A stretch of DNA of 64,000 nucleotides from Vulcanimicrobiota bacterium (GTDB lineage Bacteria; Vulcanimicrobiota; Vulcanimicrobiia; Vulcanimicrobiales; Vulcanimicrobiaceae). The stretch covers positions 1,054,931 through 1,118,930 of the forward strand of contig OY970311.1 in assembly GCA_963716415.1 (NCBI GenBank), written 5' to 3'. The translations under genes and the position numbers were made by a program. The notes below the pieces were generated by a model. That model was not told where the DNA came from, did not search any database, and worked only from the letters and a program-made list of their open reading frames with translations. Shown here piece by piece: positions 18,882 to 28,825 of this stretch (positions within the stretch are counted from its first letter, which is position 1; the number at the start of each line of letters is the position of its first letter).

Positions 18882-20894
18882 ATGCTCCGCCGCATCACCG
18901 CCTTTCTGACCATGCTGCTGCTCATTGGTGCCATATGCCCGGCACCTGTTCGCGCGACCTCGACCCAAACCGAAGTCGAGATGGGCCGTTCCGAAGATGA
19001 ACAGATCGTCGACACGAGCGTAGTGGAAACCGATCCGCTCCTGAATGCCTACGTGCAAAAGATTGCGAGCAACGATTGGAAGCAAGTCGAGCGAAAAGAC
19101 GTCCCGTACAACGTCAAGATCCTCAAAGATACCGAGGTCAACTCGTTCGCAACGCTGGGCGGTTACATCTATATCAATGAGGGCTTGATCGACTTCGTCC
19201 AATCGGACGACGAACTCGCGGGCGTGATCGGCCACGAAACCGGACACATCGAGCGCCGTCACGTGCTCACGTCGCAATCCAAACTCGAAGGCCTCAACCT
19301 GCTCTTCGGCATTGCCTCGCTCTTCTCGCCGATCATGTACGAGTTCGGCAACTTGATGGAAGCCGGTGCGTACGCCAAGATCGAGCGTGCCGACGAATTG
19401 CAGGCCGATCGCACCGGTCTCCAGCTCATGGCGCGCGCGGGTTACGATCCGGATAACATGGAAACGATCATGAATCACTTGGGCGCCCTCGAGGACGCGC
19501 ACAGCGATTTGGTCACCAAGTACCTCCAGGACCATCCGGATCCCAAAGCGCGCGTCTCGCATTTGGCAGGCTATCCGGAACTCGATCCGACCAAGGTGAC
19601 CGAAGATCAGCGTGTGGTGCAGGCAGCCGGCGACCGCGAGCGGGGACGTTATGAATTCTCCTCGCTGAAGTTCCAGCAGATCCTCAAGACGGATCCCACC
19701 AATGCCGAAGCGCTGCTAGGTCTGGGTCAAGATCAAATCGCGCTGGGTTACCCGAACAAGAGCCAGCAGACGCTCGCGGAAGCCGCGCAAATCGGTTCGC
19801 CGCAGACCAAGGCGCTCGCCGAGCAACAGATGGCGGACCTGCGCGAAGTGCAGGCGAAACGCGTGACGCTGACCGCTCCTAATTTGGCTGGATTGCATAC
19901 CCAGTTCGCCGACGCGCAGGCGTCTCAGTCGGCTGCCAACACGGAGATCGCTGCGCGTCACGATGAAGGTAAAGATCAACTCAAGCAGCTCAAGACGCGC
20001 GTCGACGCCTTACAATACGAGGTTCCCAACTTCGGCAACCTCAGCGTCCCGCACGGTTCGAAGCTCGAGTCTGTCTACAAGAACGTCATGTTGATGAGCC
20101 GCTCGCTCAATAGTGCAATCGAAGACGCGAGCACGACGATCAACGGCGTCGGCTCGCTCGAACGCAATAAGGAATCCGGATTGCTCAAAGAGAGCAACAG
20201 CATTCTCGACGAGATGCAACAGACGCTCGAGTCGACGCCGATCCCAACCGATCAGATCGCGATCTTGCCGTCGTATCCGGCCATCTTCACCGGGTTGCGT
20301 CGCGCGGATAGCGACATGATTCGTAGCGTCGACGCCGCGCGGGCATCGCTGACCACCCTCGACCAAGCATTGGGTGACGCGGACGATTTCTTTCGCGAAC
20401 TCAATCGCACGCAACCGAACTATCGCGGTGATTTCGGCCAGTCGCAATTCAGTACGATTGAGCCGCTGATGCAAAAAGCGATGACCGACCTCGACACCGC
20501 GGCGACGCAGGCCTCGCAGGCGGTTCAGCTTTACAACATGGCACGCACTCGCCAGCTTTCGGCGCGCATCACGCTGCTCGGCGTGGGTACCTCGCCCGAG
20601 CGCTACGCCTCGTTGCAGTACGTACTGCAACAACGCTTCGGTATGAACGGTATACCCTACGAGGACATGCTCCACGATGCGATCACGCCGGGTGACGTGG
20701 TCGTCGCGACGATTCTGGCCGCCGATATCAAGTCGACGCCCGAGGACATCGTGGATCAGATGGTTAGCGAGAAAAAGTCACCGGTCGATCTGGCCGACGA
20801 GCACGGCATGCACGCCTGGCCGCTGGAGATCTTTACCGGCCTCGTATACCTTGACTACACCGACGATCCGTCAAAGGAAATGGCAACAACCTAA
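18882..20894 (+). CDS. M48 family metallopeptidase with signal peptide and a long helical (TPR-like) C-terminal region
   Basis: 'HETGHIERRH' HExxH motif, N-terminal signal peptide, TPR-like 'ALLGLGQDQIALGYPNKSQQTLAEA'. Confidence 0.8.
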   Translation: MLRRITAFLTMLLLIGAICPAPVRATSTQTEVEMGRSEDEQIVDTSVVETDPLLNAYVQKIASNDWKQVERKDVPYNVKILKDTEVNSFATLGGYIYINEGLIDFVQSDDELAGVIGHETGHIERRHVLTSQSKLEGLNLLFGIASLFSPIMYEFGNLMEAGAYAKIERADELQADRTGLQLMARAGYDPDNMETIMNHLGALEDAHSDLVTKYLQDHPDPKARVSHLAGYPELDPTKVTEDQRVVQAAGDRERGRYEFSSLKFQQILKTDPTNAEALLGLGQDQIALGYPNKSQQTLAEAAQIGSPQTKALAEQQMADLREVQAKRVTLTAPNLAGLHTQFADAQASQSAANTEIAARHDEGKDQLKQLKTRVDALQYEVPNFGNLSVPHGSKLESVYKNVMLMSRSLNSAIEDASTTINGVGSLERNKESGLLKESNSILDEMQQTLESTPIPTDQIAILPSYPAIFTGLRRADSDMIRSVDAARASLTTLDQALGDADDFFRELNRTQPNYRGDFGQSQFSTIEPLMQKAMTDLDTAATQASQAVQLYNMARTRQLSARITLLGVGTSPERYASLQYVLQQRFGMNGIPYEDMLHDAITPGDVVVATILAADIKSTPEDIVDQMVSEKKSPVDLADEHGMHAWPLEIFTGLVYLDYTDDPSKEMATT

Positions 20895-20898
20895 GATC

Positions 20899-21891
20899 AT
20901 GGCATCGGCATTGGGCGCAGGCGATCTCTTCCGGCTCGTTCGTAACGGCATCGACGTCAACAGCGTCCACGTGCGGATCCGCAAGCCGTTCCGCTTCCTG
21001 CTGTGCGGAGACCATGCGCTGATCGGTCAGATGCGCGCCCTGCTGCTCTCCGGTCATGTGGACGACTCGGTGCCCGTCGACGCCGCGGCCTGCATCGAAA
21101 CGATCTCGCCCAACGCGCCGCTCATCACCGAGCCGAGCGAAGTGCGGGTGGTGATTTTCCTTGGCCTTCCGGGCGATCGTGAGGGTGCAAATCTCGAGCC
21201 GCTCAAGGTCCTGCGCGTACCGATCCTCGCGCTAACGGTCGATCCGCAAGCGACGCCGGCCGGACCCGCCAACGTTCCCGCACCGTCAACGGTCGGCGAT
21301 TACGTGGTCAACGCCATCACCAAAGACGCGCTCAAGGGCCGCGTCTTCACGCATATCGTCGAAGCTTCAAAGGGCGTGGAGATCGCCGTCGGGCGGCGGC
21401 TTCCGCCCTTGCGCGAAACGGTTGCCGCCAAACTGACGCGCGATGCCGCGAATAATTCGCTCAAGGTTGCGCTCGCAAGCGCGCTGGTCGATCACATCCC
21501 GGTGGTCGGCGTGGTGCTCGGTGCATTTGCGTCGGCCGGCGACATGGTGGCGATCACCGGATTTCAGATGATGCTGCTACTGCACATCGAGGCGACCTAC
21601 GGCAAAGATCCCGACGTGCAACGCATGTGGAAACTCTTGCCGGTGATCGGCGGCGGTTTCGGCTGGCGCACGTTGGCGCGCGAACTTGCCGGCTTCGTCC
21701 CGGTTGCCGGCGTCGCAATCAAAGGCGCCATCGCCTATGCCGGTACGATCGTCGTCGGCGAAAGCGTCACGTTTTTCTTGGAGCATGGCTCGCACATGAG
21801 CAAAGCGCAAGCCTCGCAGCTCTACGATCGCACCAAAGGCGACGCCTTGCGCTTCGCCCGCGACCTCATCGTCCGCTTCAAGCCGAAATAG
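20899..21891 (+). CDS. hypothetical protein, DUF697-like C-terminal membrane-associated region
   Basis: ATG 4 nt after the upstream stop. 'IPVVGVVLGAFASAGDMVAITGFQMMLLLHIEATYG' resembles DUF697. The call is by motif memory only. Confidence 0.4.
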   Translation: MASALGAGDLFRLVRNGIDVNSVHVRIRKPFRFLLCGDHALIGQMRALLLSGHVDDSVPVDAAACIETISPNAPLITEPSEVRVVIFLGLPGDREGANLEPLKVLRVPILALTVDPQATPAGPANVPAPSTVGDYVVNAITKDALKGRVFTHIVEASKGVEIAVGRRLPPLRETVAAKLTRDAANNSLKVALASALVDHIPVVGVVLGAFASAGDMVAITGFQMMLLLHIEATYGKDPDVQRMWKLLPVIGGGFGWRTLARELAGFVPVAGVAIKGAIAYAGTIVVGESVTFFLEHGSHMSKAQASQLYDRTKGDALRFARDLIVRFKPK

Positions 21892-21945
21892 GAAACGTCA
21901 CCCTGAGGTGCGAGCGGAGCGAGCCTCGAAGGGTGACGAGGGAAA

Positions 21946-23391
21946 TTACAGTTCCGGTTTGACGTACAGCGTTCGATCGGCGTAATCGAAGATCATCGCG
22001 AAGTCGCCCCAGAACGTACGGCCGAGAAGACCGTCGCAATCGATCGTATCGACGTCGCGGCCACCGTCCATCACCGAGGCGCGCATGTCGGCGAAGGCGA
22101 GATCGCCGATATCGATGCGCGAGAACGTGTACGACCGGTAGTCGTGGGTAACGCCGGATACCCCGATCACTTGCCCTTGGACGTCGCCTCGCGTATTCGG
22201 CGTGAAGTTGGCGAAGTAATGCGTGAACAGAATATTATCGAACGAGCCCAGATCGATGATGAACGCGCCGTCGACGCCGTTGAGCTTGGCCTTGGTCACC
22301 GGGACAAAATCGGTCACCTGAATCGGCAACTGCGTCCAATTGTCGGTCGGTAGCGCTGCGGACGGGCCGAGCATCGTTACGGTTTTTTTGCCGAAATCGA
22401 CGGCAATGCGCGCGCTGGCGAAAAAGTCGCCGCCCAAGAGACCCACGATCTTTCGATCTCCTGTATCAATCGAGAGCGGGATCGTGTCAAGCGCAAAGTG
22501 ATGCGCCTGAATGGGGCCGAGCGCGAGGTCGTCGATCATCGTCTTGCCTCGCGTAACCTTGCCCAGAAAGTCATAGGCGCGCTGCTCGGTGACCGCAAGC
22601 CCGAGCTCGCGCGCGACGGAATCGTCGATGACCGATTCCGAGGCCCCCGAGTCGAGTAAAAAGTCCAAACCGCGCCCCGCAACCATGACGCGCACCACGA
22701 TACCTTGCTTGGTAAACTCGACCGGAAGCGGCAGCGACGCGTTCGCGCCTACGTCGAAAACCGGCCGGCTTGCAGGCACCGTCAGGTGCACGCTCGCGTC
22801 CGGCACGTGCACGTAGCTGACGAGGTCGGCGGTCCAGTTATCCTGCGGGTAGGGACTGGTGTATTCGACGTGTCCCGGGATCATCTCGCCGAAAAAGCGC
22901 TTGTAGGCACTGTAGGTGTAGGTGCCCTTTCGGTTCGGATTGTCGTAGGTGACGGTACGAACGAGAAAGGTCGACGGATCATACACGCGCCGTTCGGTCA
23001 CGCCAGGACGCGGCGTGATGTCGAGCACGATAGCGCCGCTTGCGTCGTTGCTCACCTGCAGCGTCGCCAGGTTCGCGATGGGCGCGCTCAGCGCCATGAG
23101 GTACGGATCGCGCGTGACCGGCGCGCGATTGCGCACCAGAACGATTCCGTTCGCGTTTTGCGTCCAGACGACGCCGTCGACGTACCCTTCCGCGGTCGTG
23201 AACTGGCCGTCGCGCATCGTCTCCACGTAATTGCGGCCCTGCACGATCCGCTCGAACGTGACGGTGGCGTCCGCGTAGGTCTCCCGTTGATCGATCCGAT
23301 ACGTCCCAGCGGCTTGCATCCCGACCGCCGCGCGCGCCTTGGCCAACACCTGCGGCGGCGTCAGCAATGCGGCTAGCAGCACGTGGATCAT
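21946..23391 (-). CDS. secreted retropepsin-like (clan AA) aspartic protease with two lobes
   Basis: 'FLLDSGASESVID' (DSGA) and a second degenerate 'FIIDLGSFDNILF'. N-terminal signal-like segment. Confidence 0.6.
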   Translation of the reverse strand: MIHVLLAALLTPPQVLAKARAAVGMQAAGTYRIDQRETYADATVTFERIVQGRNYVETMRDGQFTTAEGYVDGVVWTQNANGIVLVRNRAPVTRDPYLMALSAPIANLATLQVSNDASGAIVLDITPRPGVTERRVYDPSTFLVRTVTYDNPNRKGTYTYSAYKRFFGEMIPGHVEYTSPYPQDNWTADLVSYVHVPDASVHLTVPASRPVFDVGANASLPLPVEFTKQGIVVRVMVAGRGLDFLLDSGASESVIDDSVARELGLAVTEQRAYDFLGKVTRGKTMIDDLALGPIQAHHFALDTIPLSIDTGDRKIVGLLGGDFFASARIAVDFGKKTVTMLGPSAALPTDNWTQLPIQVTDFVPVTKAKLNGVDGAFIIDLGSFDNILFTHYFANFTPNTRGDVQGQVIGVSGVTHDYRSYTFSRIDIGDLAFADMRASVMDGGRDVDTIDCDGLLGRTFWGDFAMIFDYADRTLYVKPEL

Positions 23392-24125
23392 AGCCGCTCC
23401 AGTAAGTCTTCGTCTTCGAGGCGTTGCATCTCCGCGGGAAGGCGCGGGCGGACGCGCTGGGCGAGCTGCGATGCAAGCGCGGCGCGGCGTTGCGGCACGA
23501 GGTCGGTGCGCCGTTCCAGAAAGCGCCGGATGATCGAGCGTTCCTCACCGCTCACGTAGGCCGTCGCCGCGTAAACCGGCTCGGCGACCTCGCGCAGCAT
23601 CTTTTCGGGCGATTCCATCCGCGATTCACGAATCACGATCGTCCCGGCCGCAAGGTCGCCGAGGCGTTTGTTCTGCGGAGAAAACACGGCGACCACGGCT
23701 GAGAGCGCGTAGAATCCCAGCGCCATCTCGCCCACGCGAATCAAGTTGCGAATCACCGACGCCATGAAATCGAGCGGATATCCGCCGTCGCGGACCACGC
23801 GAATGCCCAGCATTCGTTTGCCCGGCGTTTGCCCGTTCCACAAGGCTTCGAAAAGAATGAAGTAGCCGAAGAAAATCAAGAACACGACGGCGATCACGAT
23901 CGCGATGGCGATGCTTGTCACGAGGTGATCGCGACCCAAACGCATCGTTGTATACGTCCCGTGCGAGGTGCCGGCCGCTGCGATCAATGCCCAGCCCAAC
24001 AGTAAGAACAGCGCGATTTGAATCGTGAAGTCGACCGCGAGCGCAAGAAACCGGCTACCGACACCGGCAAGCTCGTAGGAGAAGGCAATCGATTCCGGGG
24101 TGCGGACCTCTAGGGTTCGATCCAT
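23388..24125 (-). CDS. RDD family membrane protein
   Basis: Internal ATG at 24125. 'SRFLALAVDFTIQI...GQTPGKRMLGIRVVRDGG' is typical of the RDD domain. The upstream 240 codons of the ORF are Arg-rich and overlap the divergent gene. Confidence 0.7.
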   Translation of the reverse strand: MDRTLEVRTPESIAFSYELAGVGSRFLALAVDFTIQIALFLLLGWALIAAAGTSHGTYTTMRLGRDHLVTSIAIAIVIAVVFLIFFGYFILFEALWNGQTPGKRMLGIRVVRDGGYPLDFMASVIRNLIRVGEMALGFYALSAVVAVFSPQNKRLGDLAAGTIVIRESRMESPEKMLREVAEPVYAATAYVSGEERSIIRRFLERRTDLVPQRRAALASQLAQRVRPRLPAEMQRLEDEDLLERL

Positions 24126-24146
24126 CGCCGGAGTACCTAAGACGGC

Positions 24147-25115
24147 GTGACGCAAGCCACCTTTGTCGACCGGCGTACGGCTGCGTGGAGCGAACTCGAC
24201 GCGCTGCTGGTTCGTGCCGGCCGCCGTGGCGTGCGTCGCCTGCAATCCGAACAAGTCGAAGAAATCGGGCGGCTCTACCGGGCGGTCACAAGCGATCTGG
24301 CCTATGCTGAGGGGCGCGGGTACGACGCTCGTTTGATCGCCTACCTCAACCGGCTGGTGGCGCGGGCCCATGCGTACGTCTACGGCGGCGCGGCAACCAG
24401 CGGGTGGCATCGCTTCGCGACCTTTTACACGCAAACGTTTCCGCGCGAGTTTCGCCGGTCGATCGCGTTCATCGCGATCTGCACGGCGCTCACCGTCGTC
24501 TCGGCGATCGTCGCGTACGTCCTCGTACGCGTCCATCCCGGCGACGCGTACGCGATTCTCCCGGATCAATTGATCCCGCCGCAGATCAAGAAGAGCTTGC
24601 ACGACTCGAATTTCGCATTCGATCCGTCCACCTCGCCGGCGATGGCCACGGCAATCATCAGCAACAACATCAGGGTGGCGATCTTCGCCTTTGCCGGCTG
24701 CGTGACATTGGGACTTTCGACCCTCTATATCATCACCTTCAACGGCCTCATGCTCGGCGGCGTCGGCGCGCTGTTCACCAATGCCGGCTTCGGCGAGGAT
24801 TTTTGGGCGACGGTCGCGCCGCATGGCGTCATCGAACTCACCGCGATTCAAATCGCCGGCGCGGCCGGACTGCTGATCAGCGCGGGTATCCTCGCGCCGG
24901 GGCGTTTGCGCCGGCGCGATGCGATCGTCGCCGCAGCGCGTCGAGCCGGCGTGCTGATCGCGGGCGTCGCGTCGATGTTACTGGTGGCCGGGACGATCGA
25001 AGGCTTTTTCTCGCCGCTGCGGTTGCCCGCATCCGAGCGCATCGCGTTCGGCGCGCTGACCGCGGTGCTGCTCGTCGCCTATTTCAGCTTCGCCGGATTA
25101 AAGCAGCGCGCGTGA
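24147..25115 (+). CDS. stage II sporulation protein M-like (DUF95) membrane protein
   Basis: 'ISNNIRVAIFAFAGCVTLGLSTLYIITFNGLMLGG...HGVIELTAIQIAGAAGL' is characteristic of the SpoIIM/DUF95 family. Confidence 0.7.
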   Translation: MTQATFVDRRTAAWSELDALLVRAGRRGVRRLQSEQVEEIGRLYRAVTSDLAYAEGRGYDARLIAYLNRLVARAHAYVYGGAATSGWHRFATFYTQTFPREFRRSIAFIAICTALTVVSAIVAYVLVRVHPGDAYAILPDQLIPPQIKKSLHDSNFAFDPSTSPAMATAIISNNIRVAIFAFAGCVTLGLSTLYIITFNGLMLGGVGALFTNAGFGEDFWATVAPHGVIELTAIQIAGAAGLLISAGILAPGRLRRRDAIVAAARRAGVLIAGVASMLLVAGTIEGFFSPLRLPASERIAFGALTAVLLVAYFSFAGLKQRA

Positions 25116-26426
25116 TTTGATGCGCAGGTATTCGTCGACGGCCGCGATCGAGAGCTTTTCGGCCGGGACATCGAGCACGATCACCCCGCTGCGTTGAAGC
25201 GTTCTCGCTGCGATCGTGCGTTCCGCCGAAAGACCGAGCGCTACTGAGAGCCCGTAAGATTCTTCCACGTCCCGCGGGGTCCGCGCGAGCGCCCCGCTGA
25301 CCACCGCGTCGTTCATAAAGATGCACAGCACCACGTGGCGTTTGGCCAGCGTGCCGAGCTCGGCCAGCACCGCGCTTTGCGCGACCGGATCGATCACGTC
25401 GGTGAAGAACGCGATCAGGCTACGCCGATGCAGATGCGAGCGCAGATACGCAAAGGCGCGCGCATAGTCGGACTCCTCGAAGCGCGGCTCCACGTCACAG
25501 AGCGCGTCGGCGAGCGCGCGCACCGAGGCTGCGGTCGAACGCGGGGCGCGCGCAACCAGAATGCGCCGCGCGAACGCGACGACCCCCACGCGGTCGCTGG
25601 CCAGCGACGCGATCGAGGCGAGCGAGAGGCCCGCGGTCACCGCATAATCCAGTTTGCGCTGCGCGCCGATCCGCGCGGTCATGAGCCGGCCGCAATCCAG
25701 CAGCAGCATGACGTCCTGACTACGCTCGACCTCGCGCTGCACCACCATCAACTTGCCACGCCGCGCCGTGGCTTTCCAGTCGATCGTGCGGAACGCATCG
25801 CCGCTGGTGTAGTCGCGCACGCTCTCGAATTCGCTGCCGATCCCGCGCAAGCGCATGCGCCGTAGCCCCGCTTCGACCAAGCGATTGCGCACGTGCAGCG
25901 ATCCGTAACGCTCGACCGCCGAGAGATCCGGATAGACGCGGAACGTTTCCGGCGCGTCGATCACGAAGCGCCGGCGCACCAGGCCGAGCATGCTTTCGTA
26001 CCAGACATAGATGCGCGTGAACGTATCGCTGCCGCGCGCAACGGGCAACGCGGTGAGCGATGCGTCCACTTCGCTGCGTGCGGGAAGCAAGGTCACGAGC
26101 TCTTCTTCGCCCAGATCGAGCGTGCGCAGCGGTGCCTCGAGCAATCCGGCGCGCAACGCCCGCGCCGAACGGTTCTCGATCCTATAGGTGAGCTGCGCGC
26201 TGCGACGCAGCGAAAAGTGCGCCGGCAACTCGCGGCGCACGCGCAGCGCGCTGCTGCGGGGCAAACGCACCATATCGACGGCGAACGCGACCACAAGCAC
26301 GACGCCGAGCCCAATCGCGATGGGAACGAAAAGGGCAATGCCGGGCGACGCCGCGAGCACGACGGCGATCGTCGCAAGCGCCCATAACGCACGCGCCGAC
26401 GGCCAAATCGGCAGAAATTTAATCAC
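25098..26426 (-). CDS. DUF58 domain protein (vWA-like, MoxR-associated)
   Basis: 'VRDYTSGDAFRTIDWKATARRGKLMVVQREVERSQDVMLLLDCG'. Two N-terminal TM helices. Confidence 0.8.
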   Translation of the reverse strand: MIKFLPIWPSARALWALATIAVVLAASPGIALFVPIAIGLGVVLVVAFAVDMVRLPRSSALRVRRELPAHFSLRRSAQLTYRIENRSARALRAGLLEAPLRTLDLGEEELVTLLPARSEVDASLTALPVARGSDTFTRIYVWYESMLGLVRRRFVIDAPETFRVYPDLSAVERYGSLHVRNRLVEAGLRRMRLRGIGSEFESVRDYTSGDAFRTIDWKATARRGKLMVVQREVERSQDVMLLLDCGRLMTARIGAQRKLDYAVTAGLSLASIASLASDRVGVVAFARRILVARAPRSTAASVRALADALCDVEPRFEESDYARAFAYLRSHLHRRSLIAFFTDVIDPVAQSAVLAELGTLAKRHVVLCIFMNDAVVSGALARTPRDVEESYGLSVALGLSAERTIAARTLQRSGVIVLDVPAEKLSIAAVDEYLRIKSRALL

Positions 26427-27384
26427 GCGGAACCGGCACGCTGGCCAGAATCTCCGCGAGCACCGACGGCGCCATTGCGCCTTCGATCTCGGCCTCGGGT
26501 TGCACGATCAGGCGGTGCGCCACGACGGCCTCGGCAACGTCTTTGACGTCGTCGGGCGTCGCGTAGTCGCGCCCGTCGATGGCCGCGGCGGCTTGCGCCG
26601 CCACGAGCAACGTCACCACCGCGCGCGGCGACGCGCCAAGGGCGAGTTTCGGATGCGATCGCGTCGCCGTTGCAACGGCGTACGCATACGCGCGCACTTC
26701 GGTAGCCACGTGCACGCGGCGCACGGCGGCTTGCGCGGCGACGATCTCGTTTGCATCGGTCACCGCGGTGATGCCGGCAAGCTCGAGCGCGCGCGAGTCG
26801 AATCCGCCGGCCACGCGCGCGAGTAAATCGAGCTCTTGCTCGGGCGCGGGGTAGCCGGTAGCAATCTTCACCGCAAAGCGGTCGAGCTGCGCCTCGGGTA
26901 ATGGATAGGTTCCTTCGTACTCGATCGGGTTTTGCGTCGCGCATACGATGAAGGGCTGCGGCAACACGATCGGCGTGCCGTCGATCGTCACTCGCCCCTC
27001 TTCCATGGCTTCGAGCAACGCCGCTTGCGTTTTGGGCGGCGTACGGTTGATCTCGTCGGCCAGCACGACGTTGGCGTCGATCGGTCCGGGCCGCACGCTA
27101 AACGTTGCACTCTGCGGATTGAAAACCGTCGTGCCGACCACATCCGAGGGCATGAGATCCGGCGTGAACTGAATGCGCCGAAACGGCAGGCCTAGCGCAG
27201 CGGCAAAGGCTCGCACCGCCAGCGTCTTGCCGGTGCCGGGCACGCCTTCGATGAGCGCGTGACCACGTGAAAGCAGCGCCACCAGCAGTCCAAACGTCAC
27301 CTGCTCGCTGCCGACGACGGCCGTACCGATCGCTGCTCGCACGCGCGCAGCCACGTCCGCAACGCGGGAGGGGGAGTCGTTCAC
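26419..27384 (-). CDS. MoxR family AAA+ ATPase
   Basis: Walker A 'GVPGTGKT', Walker B 'VLADEINR', conserved 'ATQNPIEYEGTYPLPEAQLDRF'. Confidence 0.9.
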   Translation of the reverse strand: MNDSPSRVADVAARVRAAIGTAVVGSEQVTFGLLVALLSRGHALIEGVPGTGKTLAVRAFAAALGLPFRRIQFTPDLMPSDVVGTTVFNPQSATFSVRPGPIDANVVLADEINRTPPKTQAALLEAMEEGRVTIDGTPIVLPQPFIVCATQNPIEYEGTYPLPEAQLDRFAVKIATGYPAPEQELDLLARVAGGFDSRALELAGITAVTDANEIVAAQAAVRRVHVATEVRAYAYAVATATRSHPKLALGASPRAVVTLLVAAQAAAAIDGRDYATPDDVKDVAEAVVAHRLIVQPEAEIEGAMAPSVLAEILASVPVPRD

Positions 27385-28190
27385 GCGTGTTCCTTTCGTA
27401 GTGCAGCATAGATCGTTGCGGCGCGCAGCACGAGCGCGTCGCTTGGCCGCGTTACCGCAGCCAGCTGCGCGAGTTCGGTTGATCTCGGATACGCGCGAGC
27501 AAACCGTTCGATCGCCGATCGTCCTGCGCGCGCGCGCCGCAGCAGCGACGCCATCGACCGCAGATAGGCGGACGAGTCGCGATCGGCGGGCGGTTCGCGC
27601 GGAATCGCCGGCGCAAAGCGTACGTTCGCATCGACCAAAGCGAGGACGACCGCGACGATGCTTAAGAAAAACGCGACGTGAACCGGCGCCGGAAGGACCG
27701 ACCAGAGCGATTGCGTGCGATCGTAGCCGTAGGGTCGCTCGTCGAACGCGACCAGCCCTTTGCCCGCGACCGCATCGTAGACGGCGAGCGCGCGTTGAGG
27801 ATCGTTGCGCAACGCGAGATTGCCGAAGTCCCGGCCGTCGAAGCTCTGCAGGTGCGGCGAAGGGCTCAAACCGGGAATCTTGGCGAATGCGAGCACGGTT
27901 CCGCCGCCGCGCATAAAGCTCTGCAGCCGGCGTACGTCGCTGCGGTCGTACCCCGGCGCCGTGAGCACCAGGACGCGCACGTGCGGATCGAGCTCGCCGA
28001 GCGGAACCTCGAGGCGCGTGACGGGAATCGCTTCGCGCGCCAACACATCGTAAAGGGCGCGATAGCCGTTGCGTCCGGTATCATAGCTCGAGTGGTTCGA
28101 TGGCGGACTGCCCAACGATGACGACGCAAGGAGCACCAACACCCCGAGAAGTGCGAGCAGCACGACGATTTCGAGCGCGCGCGTCCTCAC
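27381..28190 (-). CDS. DUF4350-like protein
   Basis: GTG at 28190 overlaps the upstream stop (GTGA). TM helix followed by 'SSYDTGRNGYRALYDVLAREAIPV'. The longer ORF to 28703 overlaps the DUF4129 gene. Confidence 0.6.
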   Translation of the reverse strand: MRTRALEIVVLLALLGVLVLLASSSLGSPPSNHSSYDTGRNGYRALYDVLAREAIPVTRLEVPLGELDPHVRVLVLTAPGYDRSDVRRLQSFMRGGGTVLAFAKIPGLSPSPHLQSFDGRDFGNLALRNDPQRALAVYDAVAGKGLVAFDERPYGYDRTQSLWSVLPAPVHVAFFLSIVAVVLALVDANVRFAPAIPREPPADRDSSAYLRSMASLLRRARAGRSAIERFARAYPRSTELAQLAAVTRPSDALVLRAATIYAALRKEHA

Positions 28191-28825
28191 GGTGTCGCAC
28201 TCGACGCCGAGAGGTGATCGTAGGCGGCGCGAGCGCGCTGCCACGCGTCGGGACCGGCGGGCGTCTGCGCATAGGCCGTCGCGGTATACAGCCGCGCGAT
28301 TTCGACAAACGCGGGCTCGAGCGCACCATCGCGCTCGTGGAGCCGGCGACGCAACTCGTTGACCGTCGCTGAGCGCTCGTCGCGCACCACGCCGCGCAGA
28401 TCCAGCAGCGTCACCGCCGCCATGAACAGCAGGCGCACCGCGCGCGCATAATCTCCCGCACCCGCAGCTTGCGCGGCAAGGGCTGCCAAAGCGTGGGCGC
28501 TTCGCGGCTGCGCGAGCGCGATTGCGCGCTCGCGCCGCATCCGTTCGTGCTCGAACTGCACCAGCAAATGCGCGCCGATCAACGCAATGGCAAGGACGCA
28601 CGCCACAACCAGCACGTCGCCGATGATCGACGCGCCCGCAGGCCCGATTTTCACGTGGCTGGCGAGCACGCGCCACAGATCGTTCCAGCGATCGTAGAGC
28701 CACTGAAACACGATCCCGAAGAGCGAGCGGTGCGCCGCGACGGCCTTTTCTAAATGATACCGGCCGGGGACCGCCAGCTCGGTTCGAACCGCCCGGCTAA
28801 TGTCGATGGGCGGCGGACTGATCAT
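28187..28825 (-). CDS. DUF4129-like protein
   Basis: TM helix plus a C-terminal helical segment 'YARAVRLLFMAAVTLLDLRGVV...TVNEL'. It sits where DUF4129 genes sit in MoxR/DUF58 clusters. Confidence 0.55.
   Translation of the reverse strand: MISPPPIDISRAVRTELAVPGRYHLEKAVAAHRSLFGIVFQWLYDRWNDLWRVLASHVKIGPAGASIIGDVLVVACVLAIALIGAHLLVQFEHERMRRERAIALAQPRSAHALAALAAQAAGAGDYARAVRLLFMAAVTLLDLRGVVRDERSATVNELRRRLHERDGALEPAFVEIARLYTATAYAQTPAGPDAWQRARAAYDHLSASSATP

Noticed and set aside
24126-24851. N-terminal 240-codon extension of the RDD ORF. Similar extensions occur on 27381..28703, 17900..19015, 20677..21891, 30368..31132, 36911..38125 and 50832..52439
   Set aside because: The extensions overlap neighbouring well-supported genes and are Arg-rich. 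Internal starts coincide with RBS motifs or ATGA/GTGA coupling to the upstream stop.
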